Shown here: piece by piece, positions 9,611-20,451 of the stretch
Layout: each line of letters begins with the position of its first letter
How positions within the stretch are numbered: the first letter of the stretch is position 1
Origin: Nitrospinaceae bacterium
GTDB taxonomy: Bacteria; Nitrospinota; Nitrospinia; Nitrospinales; Nitrospinaceae
Length of the DNA stretch: 64,000 nt
Assembly (NCBI GenBank): GCA_965237905.1
Contig: OZ250172.1
Location: 1 to 64,000, forward strand
Direction: 5' to 3'
Notes under the pieces: generated by a model
The model's database searches: none
Told to the model about the DNA's origin: nothing
What the model saw: the letters and a program-made list of their open reading frames with translations, nothing else
Translations under genes and position numbers: made by a program

Positions 9611-10951
9611 ATGGAATTTGAAGCGTGGTTTCAGTGCGTCAATGGTTGTGCCGGAAGGTACCCTTTGAATCAGATTATTTACCGGTGCCCAGATTGCAAT
9701 AGTCTGCTGGAAGTCACTCACGATATGGATAAGTTGAAAAAACGCTCGGCTCGGGAGTGGAACGATATCTTTGATGAACGTTACCGTAAAAACGAGTGGC
9801 CTTATGGCAGTTCAGTCTGGGGCAAAAAAGAATTGGTGTGTCCGGCAGTTGATAACGAAAACATCGTGTCCACTTATGAAGGTGGAACTAATTTGTTCTG
9901 GGCGGAGCGGTTAGGCAAACAGATGGGTTTGAAGGATTTGTGGATCAAGCAGTGTGGTATGGCACATACCGGATCGTTTAAGGATCTGGGGATGACCGTG
10001 CTGGTGTCCATGGTCAAGCAAATGCGTTCCGAAGGCAAAAATATTCGGGCCGTGGCCTGCGCCTCGACCGGAGATACCTCCGCCGCGCTGGCCGCCTACT
10101 GCGCGGTGGCCGATATTCCTGCGATTGTGTTTCTGCCGCGGAACAAAGTGTCTCTCACTCAATTGATCCAACCGATCACCCACGGAGTGCTCACGCTTTC
10201 TCTCGATACCGATTTCGACGGTTGTATGAAAGCCGTTCAGGAAATCTGCTCGGAAAATGAAATTTATCTGGCCAATTCCATGAACTCCCTGCGTATCGAG
10301 GGGCAAAAAACCATTAGTTTTGAGTTGGTTCATCAATTAGACGGCGAGGTTCCGGATTTTGTTATTGTTCCCGGAGGTAACCTCGGTAATGTCAGCGCCT
10401 TGGGCAAAGGTTTTAAGATGATGTATGAGTTGGGCCTTATCAATCGTCTGCCGAGGCTGGTATGCGCCCAGGCGGAGCGCGCCAATCCTCTGTATTTGAG
10501 TTACCAGAATGGGTTTAAAGAGTTCCATTCGGTCCAAGCCAAAACGACTCAAGCCAGCGCCATTCAAATTGGCGATCCGGTCAGCGTCAACAAGGCGATT
10601 CGCGCCCTCAAGGAATTTGACGGGATTGTCGAGCAGGCAACCGAAGGCGAACTGGCCAATGCCGTCGGGCGGGCCAACCGAACCGGCCTGCTGTGTTGCC
10701 CGCATACAGGAGTCGCTCTGGCGGCGTTGGAAAAACTGGTCGCCAAAGGGGTGATCAAACCCAAGGACCGGGTCATCGTCATCTCGACGGCCAACGGTTT
10801 GAAGTTCACGGATTTTCTTTTGAAGTATCATGCTGACGAGCTGGAGGATGTGAAATCCCAGAATGTGTTTCACCCGGTGGAGCTTCCGGCCGATCATAAG
10901 GTAATCCGTAAAACCATCCACGAAAAGTTGAGCGAGCAGATTCCCTCCTGA
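9611..10951 (+). CDS. thrC: Threonine synthase (plant-like subtype)
   Basis: [32 protein letters not shown]; directly downstream of hom. Confidence 0.94.
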   Translation: MEFEAWFQCVNGCAGRYPLNQIIYRCPDCNSLLEVTHDMDKLKKRSAREWNDIFDERYRKNEWPYGSSVWGKKELVCPAVDNENIVSTYEGGTNLFWAERLGKQMGLKDLWIKQCGMAHTGSFKDLGMTVLVSMVKQMRSEGKNIRAVACASTGDTSAALAAYCAVADIPAIVFLPRNKVSLTQLIQPITHGVLTLSLDTDFDGCMKAVQEICSENEIYLANSMNSLRIEGQKTISFELVHQLDGEVPDFVIVPGGNLGNVSALGKGFKMMYELGLINRLPRLVCAQAERANPLYLSYQNGFKEFHSVQAKTTQASAIQIGDPVSVNKAIRALKEFDGIVEQATEGELANAVGRANRTGLLCCPHTGVALAALEKLVAKGVIKPKDRVIVISTANGLKFTDFLLKYHADELEDVKSQNVFHPVELPADHKVIRKTIHEKLSEQIPS

Positions 10952-11049
10952 ACCCTGATTTAAAAAATGAATCCATAAAGCGGGGATATGCATCCAAGAG
11001 GATAAATTGTTTCAAGTTGTGAACCTATTTCGAAGTCAGGACGAGATCA

Positions 11050-12003
11050 ATGACAGATGATGTGAAAAAAGTAGCGATTATCGGTTCCGGGCCTGCAGGG
11101 CATACGGCCGCCTTATATGCGGCGCGGGCCAACCTGCAACCGTTCATGTATGAAGGATATGTGGTCGGCGGCTCCGCTGGCGGCCAGTTGACGACGACCA
11201 CCGACGTGGAAAATTATCCCGGTTTTCCGGAAGGCATCAGCGGACCGGAACTCATGCAGTTGTTCCGCAAACAGGCCGCGCGCTTCGGTACGGAAATGGT
11301 CGGCGAGGATGTCCATGAAGTCGATTTCAGCAAACGCCCGTTTACCATCAAGGGAGACAAAACTGAAGTTAAAGCGCATTCCGTTATTATTTCCACCGGC
11401 GCTACCGCCAAACGGATGTTTGTTCCCAGCGAAGAAAAATTATGGAACCAGGGCATGTCGGCCTGTGCCGTGTGCGACGGCGCCCTGCCGTTTTTCAAGA
11501 ACCAACCGCTGATGGTGATCGGCGGCGGGGATACTGCCGTGGAAGAAGCCACCTTCCTCACCAAATTCGGAAGCATCGTTTACCTGGTACACCGCAGAGA
11601 CGAACTGCGCGCCTCCAAGATCATGCAGAAACGCGCCTTCGACAACGAAAAAATATCCATGGTCTGGGACACGGTGCTGGAAGATGCGGTGGGCGATCAA
11701 TTTGTTACCGGCGCCCGCATTAAAAACATTAAAACAGATGAAGTGAAAGAACTCGAAGTTGCTGGCATCTTCTATGCCATCGGCCACACACCCAACACCC
11801 AACCGTTCAAAGGCCAACTGGATATGGATGAAACCGGTTACCTCATTGTGAAGCCCGGAACCCAGGAAACCAACGTCGAAGGCGTGTTCGCCGCCGGCGA
11901 TGTGCACGATCACAAATACCGGCAGGCCGTCACCGCCGCTGGAGCCGGTTGCGCCGCCGCGCTCGAAGCCGAACGCTGGCTCGGTGAACAGGGCATCGCC
12001 TGA
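11050..12003 (+). CDS. trxB: Thioredoxin-disulfide reductase
   Basis: GSGPAG, GGQLTTTTDVENYPGF, CAVCDG, GGGDTA, FAAGDV. Confidence 0.97.
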   Translation: MTDDVKKVAIIGSGPAGHTAALYAARANLQPFMYEGYVVGGSAGGQLTTTTDVENYPGFPEGISGPELMQLFRKQAARFGTEMVGEDVHEVDFSKRPFTIKGDKTEVKAHSVIISTGATAKRMFVPSEEKLWNQGMSACAVCDGALPFFKNQPLMVIGGGDTAVEEATFLTKFGSIVYLVHRRDELRASKIMQKRAFDNEKISMVWDTVLEDAVGDQFVTGARIKNIKTDEVKELEVAGIFYAIGHTPNTQPFKGQLDMDETGYLIVKPGTQETNVEGVFAAGDVHDHKYRQAVTAAGAGCAAALEAERWLGEQGIA

Positions 12004-12004
12004 T

Positions 12005-15000
12005 CTAAGCCTGTTTCTTAGTAATTTCCACCAGCCGTTGGTGCAGGGGGTAGTACAATGCTTTTTTGATCGGGCGGGTTTCGCCCTGCAGGCGGATCAG
12101 TTGTTCGTAGGATTCCAACTGTGCCCGGTAGCGTTTTATTTCCTGTTTGAAAAAGCCTTCTATATTTCCTCCCGTACGCTCACCCGTTTTGTAATCGATA
12201 ATCCAGCGCACTCCATTTTCGTCCACATAAGTACGGTCAACGATCTTGGTTCTGAAATTGCGGTTGTCCTTAAATGTTAATGCATACTCCGCTTCTTCAT
12301 GTTCATAGCGCTGTAAAATTTTCCGCCCGTCTCCATCCTTTAAAATATTTTTAAGCGCGCGCAATCCTTTTTCGGTGGTGGCTTCCAGATTGAGAGGTGA
12401 CATGCCTTCCGCCATTAAGGCCGCTTCCAAAGAAGATTTCGTTTGATCCACCCGCCGCTCATCCCAATGGTCCAGGCCTTCTTTGACGATGGTTTCGAAT
12501 AAGCGATGCAGAACGTTTCCCAGGCATCGGGCTTCGTTGCCCGCCCACTCGTAGGGCACCTCTTCCTCCAAACTGATATCCATAGCCGGTTCCGTTTGAA
12601 TATCCGGCGGCGCGGCGGGTGTTTCAAAGTGGAGCGGGAGGCGGCGCAGGTACTGGGCCTCAGCCTTGGGTTTAAAGGCCATTGCCGGCGGCGGTTTTAT
12701 ATTTGCATAAGCCTTTTGCCAGTCGCTGGCGACAAAATCCCAGAGGTGCTTCAAACTGGAGGGAGACTGTGGAGCGATACCCTCCTTAGTCGTTTGAGTG
12801 TGGCCGAACAAGTGCAGTTGCTTTTTGGTACGGGTCGCGGCGACATATAAGAGTCGCCGGGTTTCATATCGGCTTCTGTCCTTTTCCAGCCGTTTCAAAA
12901 ACTCATATATTTCGGGATCCTTTTCGCCCGCGTGTGGGATGGGGGCAAACATAAGATTTTCGCCATGAGTGATCCAGTTGATCAATTGCTTTTCGTCCGC
13001 TTTTTGTCTCTTTCCCAAACCGGGGAGCAGGACAAAATCAAATTCGAGGCCCTTGGCTTTATGGATGGTCATAATTTGAACGGCGTGACCCTCACCGGTG
13101 GAAGGATTAGCAAACAGGTTTTTCAAAATACCCTCGAAATTGTGCAGATTGTCGAACTCGCCGCCATCCAGTACTTCAGTGACTTTGTCGAAGAAGACCT
13201 GGATATCTTTCTGTGTGTAAGTGTCGATACAGGCGGGTCCGCCCAGTTTGATCCAGCATCCTTCCAGAAGATCGCGGAAATTGACTGCCGGGAATAAATC
13301 CAGCACCGGTTGGAGCGTGTGGATCAACCGGCCCGCTCGCTGTTGACCCTCTTCGCTCAATTGCTTGAAGCGTTCCGGATCATTCAACAAACTCCAAACC
13401 GGCGACTTGTGATCAAGACGGCACAGGCGATGCAAATCTTCCAGGGACAATCCACACCAGGGAGCGCGCAGAATCGATAGCCACGACACGCGGTCCAAGG
13501 GGGAGATCAGTGCGCGCATCAAGGCCAGCAGGTCTAGGATGGCAGGACGCGAGGTCAGGGGATCGATTTCCTCCGCTCGGAACTGGATGCCCGCTTCCTG
13601 CAGGAGCGGTACGATATTGAGGAGATGGGGACGGGCCTGCACCAGGATGGCGATGGAATCCTCCGGATAGTGAGCACGAATATCCTGGATGACATCGACC
13701 ACATGATGCGCTTCTTCGCCCGATTGGGAGCCGGTTGCCGGGTGGAGGGCCACGCCGGGTTTCACGCTTCCGCCCTGCACGGCGGAGCATTCGGTGTAAG
13801 CGATGGCGCCACGGTCCGGGTCGTCGATGGCCGGTAGAATTTCGGAAAAGCACTGGTTGATCCAATCGACGACATGTTTTTGCGATCTGAAGTTGGCCAA
13901 TAACTGAAGTTTTTTTAATGGAATATGTCCCAGCCCGTTTTCCTTGGCCTGGACGAACAGGCCGACCTCTGCATCCCGGAACCGGTAAATCGACTGCATG
14001 GGATCGCCCACCAGGAACAGCGTGTTGCCTTTATCCGGTTCCCAGCCTTCGGTCAGGAGTTTGAGCAGAGCGATCTGCTTGAACGAGGTATCCTGGAACT
14101 CATCGACCAGAATGTGGTCCAATTTTGAATCGAGTTTTAAAAGAAGATCACTGGGCGCCATTTCCTGTCCCAGCGCTTTTTTTGAAGACAGGGCAATCTC
14201 CGCGAAATCAATTTTTCCCCGTTCGGTAAAAATTCTGCGAAGGGTTCTATCGATTTCGGGCAAAAGTGCGAGCATGTTTTCGAGAAACTCCCACTCCTCG
14301 TCACTCAGTCGTGGATTCGGCAATGTTTTAACCTTGACCAGCAATTCAACCAGGTCCGCCTGCTCATTCAGTTGGTCCAGGATGCCTTGCATTCGGTCCT
14401 TGTTGTTCTGAGCCGCATCATCTCTATCTGCCGGGAATCCGATACTCTTATTGGGTTTTTTTCTAGGTTTTCCTTCCGTCGTTAACAACAGCGAAACAAG
14501 TGCTTTCCAGAATTTCAATTGATTCGCAGACGGTTTGGGAAATTCCTGAAGTGTCTCCAGACAGGCCAGCACATGATCGGGATTACTCGTGGCGATGTTG
14601 CTGCCACTAGTGCGAGCCAGTTGCGTGAGCTCTGTTTGGAGTGATGGAGGTATGGTGTCGTGGCATTCTTTTAATATGGATTCGACCAGTTCTGAGAGGA
14701 TGCGCTCTTGATCCTCCCGCGAGCGGTATTCATCGGCATTTTCAAAAAATGAAATCATCCACTGATCACGCTTGTTGAGCAGTTGCACGATGCGATCCAG
14801 GAACCGCGATTTGGAATTATCGAGTCGCTTGAGAATGGCCCGGACCGCCAGGCCGGTCGGAGAATCTTCCTCCACCTGCGCCAACACCTGATGCGCGGTT
14901 TCGCGGTAGAGGTCGCTGGCGTTTTCCTCGATTTCCAATAGGGATCCCATGCCGGAGAGGAGGGGAGTTTGCTTGGCCAAAGAAGCGCAGAAGGAATCGA

Positions 15001-15358
15001 TGGTCTGGATTTTCAGTCGCTGGGGATTATCCAGAATGCGCCATTCCTGTTTTTCATTGTGCTTCAGAGCCTGGCGTGCGATTTCCCATGTTGTTTTTTC
15101 ATGGGCTTCTTCAGGAGGGATGGCATCGCGGGCGCGTTCCAGGGCGAGGAGCACGCGATTCTTCATTTCCCCGGCGGCTTTGCGTGTGAACGTCATCGCC
15201 AGAATCCGCTCGGGTTTTTCAACATGTGCCAGCAGTTTCAGGTAACGCTGGATTAACAATTCCGTTTTGCCGGACCCGGCGGGCGCCTGGATGATATGCG
15301 ACGCCTCAATGTTCAAAGCTTCCCGGCGTGCTTTCGCATCTTCCAACAAAGAGGTCAT
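12005..15358 (-). CDS. addA: UvrD-type helicase-nuclease, AddA/RecB-like
   Basis: APAGSGKT, TFTRKAA, LVDEFQD, VGDPMQSIYRFR, TIHKAKGLEF, YVAATR and C-terminal IIDYKT. Start ATG 15358 overlaps the upstream gene's stop. Confidence 0.85.
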   Translation of the reverse strand: MTSLLEDAKARREALNIEASHIIQAPAGSGKTELLIQRYLKLLAHVEKPERILAMTFTRKAAGEMKNRVLLALERARDAIPPEEAHEKTTWEIARQALKHNEKQEWRILDNPQRLKIQTIDSFCASLAKQTPLLSGMGSLLEIEENASDLYRETAHQVLAQVEEDSPTGLAVRAILKRLDNSKSRFLDRIVQLLNKRDQWMISFFENADEYRSREDQERILSELVESILKECHDTIPPSLQTELTQLARTSGSNIATSNPDHVLACLETLQEFPKPSANQLKFWKALVSLLLTTEGKPRKKPNKSIGFPADRDDAAQNNKDRMQGILDQLNEQADLVELLVKVKTLPNPRLSDEEWEFLENMLALLPEIDRTLRRIFTERGKIDFAEIALSSKKALGQEMAPSDLLLKLDSKLDHILVDEFQDTSFKQIALLKLLTEGWEPDKGNTLFLVGDPMQSIYRFRDAEVGLFVQAKENGLGHIPLKKLQLLANFRSQKHVVDWINQCFSEILPAIDDPDRGAIAYTECSAVQGGSVKPGVALHPATGSQSGEEAHHVVDVIQDIRAHYPEDSIAILVQARPHLLNIVPLLQEAGIQFRAEEIDPLTSRPAILDLLALMRALISPLDRVSWLSILRAPWCGLSLEDLHRLCRLDHKSPVWSLLNDPERFKQLSEEGQQRAGRLIHTLQPVLDLFPAVNFRDLLEGCWIKLGGPACIDTYTQKDIQVFFDKVTEVLDGGEFDNLHNFEGILKNLFANPSTGEGHAVQIMTIHKAKGLEFDFVLLPGLGKRQKADEKQLINWITHGENLMFAPIPHAGEKDPEIYEFLKRLEKDRSRYETRRLLYVAATRTKKQLHLFGHTQTTKEGIAPQSPSSLKHLWDFVASDWQKAYANIKPPPAMAFKPKAEAQYLRRLPLHFETPAAPPDIQTEPAMDISLEEEVPYEWAGNEARCLGNVLHRLFETIVKEGLDHWDERRVDQTKSSLEAALMAEGMSPLNLEATTEKGLRALKNILKDGDGRKILQRYEHEEAEYALTFKDNRNFRTKIVDRTYVDENGVRWIIDYKTGERTGGNIEGFFKQEIKRYRAQLESYEQLIRLQGETRPIKKALYYPLHQRLVEITKKQA

Positions 15359-18015
15359 TCGTCCTCTCCGTTTTGTGGATTTAATAATTCGGTTTTGCGG
15401 CAAAGCGTCAGCTGATCGCAATATTTGCAAGTGTCGTCTTCATGAAGGGGAGAAACACTCAAGCGTCCCTGGAGAAATTCGGTTGCCAGTTGGTTCAAGC
15501 CGGTATTCCAAAAATCCTTCAAGTCATCCCAGGTTTCCAACTCCGGGTGCTCTTTGGTGATATTGGAGCCCACCTTGGGGATGAGGTCTTCTTCCCGGGA
15601 TAACCCGCGATACCGGGAATCGCCCTTGCGGATAGTGGCGAAGGCTATGGCGTCGGCGTCAACCTGCATGGAATACAGGGGGAGTTGGGGCTCTTCAATG
15701 CGTTCACCAAACCATTTTTTAAGATTAGGGACGAGTCCCGTTTTGTAATCGATCAAAATGGTTTTTCCATCCGAGGTCTGATCGATGCGGTCGACCTTGA
15801 GTTTTAAAGACAGGCCATTCAGGTGAACGGTTTTTTCGCTTTCTGTAGCCAGAACCTCAAAGTGGCTCCGCTCGCGTTCGTATTCCATCCATTCATGAAT
15901 CAGGTGGGTCAGGCGTTCCTGCTCAATCTCCAAAAAAACGCTTTGCCCTTTGGCATCGAATGTAAACAACTGCATTCCATCCTCGACACATTGACGAATC
16001 TGCTCCAAAAGTTTTTTCGATTCATGTAGTTCATGCAGGCGTTCACTGGTTCTAACCTGGTTCCAGAAGAGCTCCATGATTTTATGAATCAGTGAACCCT
16101 TGAGTGCATCATCCATATCCAGCTCTGGAAAATCTCTTGTTTGGGATGCCAGGCGGTGGATGGCGAAAGCGCGAAACGGGCACTCGGCCTGGTTTTTGAG
16201 AATCCGGGTGCCACCTCGGATGAATTCTTTTTCTTCCGGTGAAACCGGAATCGGAAAGTAATCTCGGACGCTCTCCAGTTGGATTGCAAAACCCGGATGG
16301 TCTTGCACCTTGCTGGAAGTGGAACTTTGAATGGTATTGTCATCCGAAAGCCAGGGAGCCAGCAGGGGACTGGGCATCATTTCCGTTTCCCCCTGCCACG
16401 CGGGATAACTGAACGCCAGATGAGTGCAGGCATAGGCCAGACGAAACAGAGTCTGTTCGGTAAAGATCAATTCCTGTTCTGCTGTTGAGTGCGGCAGGTT
16501 GAACGGTTTCTGGAGGCTCAGGAAGGGCAGGAACGGGTTGGGATTGGGAAAAGGCGGCAGGGTTTCGGCGTGACACCCCATGATCCACAGGTGATCGAAT
16601 TCCATTCCCGCCGACTCCAACAGGCCGACGACCTGAATCGGTTCTTCATGGGTCTGCGGCTGGAATTGAGTTTCGCCGGCGATGTGAGTTAAATGCGAAA
16701 CCGCTTGATGGCGATTGATCTTTTGGAGGACCCGGTCGAGGCTGGATAAGCTGTCCAGACACTCATTCCAGGATTTCAAAATCTGGTACTGCAGGCTCGA
16801 CAAGGTTTCGTTGTCGGTGGGCCACTGGACCTTCTTTAAAAATTTGGAAATTCCCCGAGCCCATTCGCTGGGCAGACGAAACGAGGTGTCATCCACCCAA
16901 CTCATCAACGCATCCAGCAGGGCCGCCAGTGCGGGACACCGTTCTCTTTGTTCCTGCTTCGGGATTTTTGGAAGAAAGACATGGGTGATGTTACCGCCCC
17001 GCAAATCCCAATCCAGCTCTCTACGGGCTTGCATTTCATCCTGTGGATTTTTTAAGAAAGGCGACGCGATTAATGTTGAAAACGTTAACAGGGGGATTCG
17101 TTTGCTCTTTTGTGATAACAGGAGAAGCGCCAGGTGCACCATCGGTTCGTGTGACAACGGAGTTCCCATTGATATATTGAAGGGAAGGTGTTGGTCTTCC
17201 CATGGATACACACTTGCCGGTGCGAGTTCTGCTTTGAATTCCCGTTCCAGAATTCCCCGGTAGGCTTCCATTTCGGGGACGACGATGCCAATGGTTTTGC
17301 CTTCCTTGTAAACCGAGCGTATCCACCGCGCGCATTGCGTTACTTCTTCGTTGGCGTCCTCGTATTTCTGGACGGCGGCATTCTTCTGGGTAATCAGCTC
17401 CCTGAGTTTGTCCGAAGCAACAGACGCAGGCTTGAAGGGTCTGAACTGAATCGGGATCTTTTTGTTTTCCAGAAGGTTCAGCCAGTCCTGCATTTGAGGA
17501 GTGACTTCATCGAACCCGTGAAAAACGATTTCTCCAGGGTGCGGGATGTGTCCTTGACTCATGCGTCTCGTTACGGCATCCAGAAGCTCCGCAGGGTCCA
17601 GCGCCTGCCACTCTTTGAGTTGTTTTTGATAGTGCGTCATCCACCGCCGGAACGTCTGGGTTTCCTCGGTATAACTGTTGAACCCAGCCGGGTCGTCTGG
17701 TAAGCGGTATTCCTGGATCAGTTGGTAAGCTTTGAAGGCATGATGGGCCGCACCCTGGACATGCAGTAAATTCATATCGGAGGTTGCCGAATCTTCCCGG
17801 ATAATTTTCTGCCAGAGGTGCTTGGATTGCAGTTCCGTTAGGACATATTGGTCAGGCCACGATTGAAGCCAGGCCTGCCGCATCCATTCGTCTATCGAGT
17901 GAATCGCAGGCTTCTTCCAAACCTGATGTCCGTCCAAGGATTGTTGCCGACTGTAATGAAACAAGAGCCAGCGGGCCAGGCGGGAATTGACTGTCAGTGT
18001 CAGGCTATCGACCAT
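15355..18015 (-). CDS. addB: PD-(D/E)XK nuclease, AddB-like partner
   Basis: C-terminal ECPF...VDRID...IDYKT...CKYCDQLTLC (Fe-S staple Cys); coupled to the addA-like gene. Confidence 0.8.
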   Translation of the reverse strand: MVDSLTLTVNSRLARWLLFHYSRQQSLDGHQVWKKPAIHSIDEWMRQAWLQSWPDQYVLTELQSKHLWQKIIREDSATSDMNLLHVQGAAHHAFKAYQLIQEYRLPDDPAGFNSYTEETQTFRRWMTHYQKQLKEWQALDPAELLDAVTRRMSQGHIPHPGEIVFHGFDEVTPQMQDWLNLLENKKIPIQFRPFKPASVASDKLRELITQKNAAVQKYEDANEEVTQCARWIRSVYKEGKTIGIVVPEMEAYRGILEREFKAELAPASVYPWEDQHLPFNISMGTPLSHEPMVHLALLLLSQKSKRIPLLTFSTLIASPFLKNPQDEMQARRELDWDLRGGNITHVFLPKIPKQEQRERCPALAALLDALMSWVDDTSFRLPSEWARGISKFLKKVQWPTDNETLSSLQYQILKSWNECLDSLSSLDRVLQKINRHQAVSHLTHIAGETQFQPQTHEEPIQVVGLLESAGMEFDHLWIMGCHAETLPPFPNPNPFLPFLSLQKPFNLPHSTAEQELIFTEQTLFRLAYACTHLAFSYPAWQGETEMMPSPLLAPWLSDDNTIQSSTSSKVQDHPGFAIQLESVRDYFPIPVSPEEKEFIRGGTRILKNQAECPFRAFAIHRLASQTRDFPELDMDDALKGSLIHKIMELFWNQVRTSERLHELHESKKLLEQIRQCVEDGMQLFTFDAKGQSVFLEIEQERLTHLIHEWMEYERERSHFEVLATESEKTVHLNGLSLKLKVDRIDQTSDGKTILIDYKTGLVPNLKKWFGERIEEPQLPLYSMQVDADAIAFATIRKGDSRYRGLSREEDLIPKVGSNITKEHPELETWDDLKDFWNTGLNQLATEFLQGRLSVSPLHEDDTCKYCDQLTLCRKTELLNPQNGEDE

Positions 18016-18061
18016 GCGAGGTCAACGGTGAGTGAGAGGTGATGGATCTTTCCGCAAAACG

Positions 18062-18499
18062 TCAGGGAGTCGTCTGGACCCAGACTTCGCCTTTGGTCGT
18101 GGTTTCCCGTTTCCAGATGGGCGTGGTGCGTTTGAGCTCTGAGATCGCCCATTCGCAGGCTTTGAATGTTTCCTGGCGGTGCTCCCCGCAGGCGATGATC
18201 AATACGATGTTTTCGCCGATTTCGATGTGGCCGATACGGTGAGTGATGCTCATATCGATGAGGCCGAAATCCGTGATGGCCTTTTCGCGGATTTCGCCGA
18301 GCTTCTTCTCCGCCATTTGCGGATAATGCTCGAAATTGAGTTCGGAAATGCTTTCGCCCTTGTTCGTTTCCCGGCCCGTGCCGAGGAAGGTCGTGATGCC
18401 GCCGATATTGCGCGACGACTTTTTCATGAACTCGATTTCATCGGTTACGGAAAAATCTTCCCGTTGAATTCTGACTTTGGATTCCAATGTGGTGCTCAT
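18062..18499 (-). CDS. moaE: Molybdopterin synthase catalytic subunit
   Basis: FLGTGR, EHYPQMAE, HRIG, HRQETF, LKRTTPIWKRE. Confidence 0.95.
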   Translation of the reverse strand: MSTTLESKVRIQREDFSVTDEIEFMKKSSRNIGGITTFLGTGRETNKGESISELNFEHYPQMAEKKLGEIREKAITDFGLIDMSITHRIGHIEIGENIVLIIACGEHRQETFKACEWAISELKRTTPIWKRETTTKGEVWVQTTP

Positions 18500-18512
18500 A
18501 GATATTTCCTTA

Positions 18513-18764
18513 TCAAATTCCGCCGGAGAAGGGCGGAAGCAGGGCGATTTCGTCGCCGTCCTTCACCACCGTGTCCAGCGGAACCACGTCGTAGTTGAGA
18601 GAGATCATCACTTTCTTTTCACGAACCATATCGCCGAGTTGCGGCACAGACTTCTTGATCAAATCACTCAATTGCTCGAGTGTGGTCCCCTCATTAATAT
18701 CGAATTGATCTTCATCCTTGCCTGCCATTTGTTTCAGGTTGGCGAAGTACTTCACGGTCACCAT
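18513..18764 (-). CDS. moaD: Molybdopterin synthase sulfur carrier
   Basis: VKYFA...DGDEIALLPPFSGG(I); lies between moaC and moaE. Confidence 0.93.
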   Translation of the reverse strand: MVTVKYFANLKQMAGKDEDQFDINEGTTLEQLSDLIKKSVPQLGDMVREKKVMISLNYDVVPLDTVVKDGDEIALLPPFSGGI

Positions 18765-18769
18765 AATAC

Positions 18770-19276
18770 TCAAGCTCCGCCTATCTCTTGCGAGAAGGTG
18801 CCGGACTTGCCCCCGGCTTTATACGTTAAACCGATCTGGTTGAAGAACATTCCCTTGTCCACCGCTTTGCACATGTCGTAAATGGTGAGCGCCGCGATAG
18901 AGACTGCCGTGAGCGCTTCCATTTCGACTCCGGTTTTGCCGGTGACTTTGACGGTCGCGGTAATTTTGATCGAACACAAACCGCTCGGATCGGGATCGAA
19001 ATTTTCCTCGAAGCTGATATCCACCCCGTTCAACGACAGCGGATGGCACATGGGGATAACCTCGGAGGTCTTTTTGGCACCCATGATGCCCGCCACCTGG
19101 GCCACGGCCAGCACGTCGCCTTTTTTGATTTGGCCTTCCTCGATCAGGCGCAGGGTCTCCGGTTGCATGTACACGGTGCCCTGGGCGGTGGCGATGCGCT
19201 CGGTGACTGTCTTGTCCGAAACGTCGACCATCTTGGCGCGGCCTTCCTCGTTGAAATGTGTCAGTGGGTTCGTCAT
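18770..19276 (-). CDS. moaC: Cyclic pyranopterin monophosphate synthase
   Basis: [37 protein letters not shown]. Confidence 0.97.
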   Translation of the reverse strand: MTNPLTHFNEEGRAKMVDVSDKTVTERIATAQGTVYMQPETLRLIEEGQIKKGDVLAVAQVAGIMGAKKTSEVIPMCHPLSLNGVDISFEENFDPDPSGLCSIKITATVKVTGKTGVEMEALTAVSIAALTIYDMCKAVDKGMFFNQIGLTYKAGGKSGTFSQEIGGA

Positions 19277-19316
19277 GGCACCATCTTACAATAAAATGGC
19301 CGGGACATTAAAGAAA

Positions 19317-19687
19317 TCAGGCATTTTTTTCAGGAGGTTCGTACAGGCCAATGAGGTTGCCATCCGAATCTTCAAAAGTTGCTGTTTTACCGTAAGAAAG
19401 TACTTTTAACTTATTGATAAATATAACTTTTTTTCTTCTAACGATGCTATCGATTTTTCGATAGGGCGGGCCTCCAGCCAGATCATGGCACCGTTGGGAT
19501 GCGAACTTTCTGGTCTTGGAGACATTGAATCAACCTGACGTAAAGCCAGGCGCTGACCGCCCACTTCAAATTCCACCCACTCTTCATTTTGAACCAGAAG
19601 CTTGAAACCCAGTACATCCCTGTAAAACTTAAGACCTCGTTCGAGGTTCTCTGTGCAGTAGTGAATAAATGCGATTTTTTGGAACAT
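19317..19687 (-). pseudogene. VOC/glyoxalase family protein with a frameshift in an A7 run (possible sequencing error)
   Basis: N-terminal FYRDVLGF. After a -1 shift at 19428-19434 the frame continues VIFINKLKVLSYGKTATFEDSDGNLIGLYEPPEKNA* to TGA at 19317. Confidence 0.8.
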
Positions 19688-19779
19688 GGTTTAAGTGTTT
19701 CCTCTATCTTTGCAAGTGATTCTGGCTGATTAAAAGTATCGTATACTATTAATCAGAATAATTCTATGAGGGTTGCCGG

Positions 19780-20451
19780 TTGTCCAATTCCCGTTCCAAG
19801 AAAGATTGTGTTGTGGTACTACACGGCATCGCCCGAACCTACCGTTCCATGCGCTCGCTGGTGAAATTCCTGAAAGCCCATGGTTATCCGGTACTCAATG
19901 TGGATTACCCGTCAACGCGCATTTCCCTGGAATCGCTTGTTGAGCATATCAATCGGAAGGTGACGGCCTTCAACCGTGACCCTCAGCGAAAAATTCATTT
20001 TGTCGGATATTCTCTGGGGGGCCTTTTGTCGCGAGGGGTGATCCATCGGCATCGTCCAACCAATCTGGGCCGGGTGGTGCAATTGGCACCGCCCAATCAG
20101 GGAAGCGAGGTGGCCGATTTCTGGAAAAATAATTTTTTGTTCCAATGGATTTTCGGACCGGTGGGTCAGGATTTGGGAGCCGAGAAAAAGAGTTTTACCC
20201 GAATCCTGGGGCCGGTGGATTATGAGTTGGGGGTCATCGCTGGCAACCGGAGCTGGGACCCTATTTCTTTCGCAATGATCGAGGGCCCCAACGATGGCAA
20301 AGTCTCCGTGGAAAGTACTAAAGTGCCGGGCCTTACCGATCATATTATCATCCCCGCCACCCATACGTTTATCATCTACAACCGGAAAGCCTGGAATCAA
20401 ACCCTCCATTTTCTTGAATGCGGAAAATTTAACTGGACCCATGTCCGATGA
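19780..20451 (+). CDS. Alpha/beta hydrolase (lipase/esterase-like)
   Basis: LHG, GYSLGG nucleophile elbow, NDGKV, H in ATHTF. Confidence 0.85.
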   Translation: MSNSRSKKDCVVVLHGIARTYRSMRSLVKFLKAHGYPVLNVDYPSTRISLESLVEHINRKVTAFNRDPQRKIHFVGYSLGGLLSRGVIHRHRPTNLGRVVQLAPPNQGSEVADFWKNNFLFQWIFGPVGQDLGAEKKSFTRILGPVDYELGVIAGNRSWDPISFAMIEGPNDGKVSVESTKVPGLTDHIIIPATHTFIIYNRKAWNQTLHFLECGKFNWTHVR

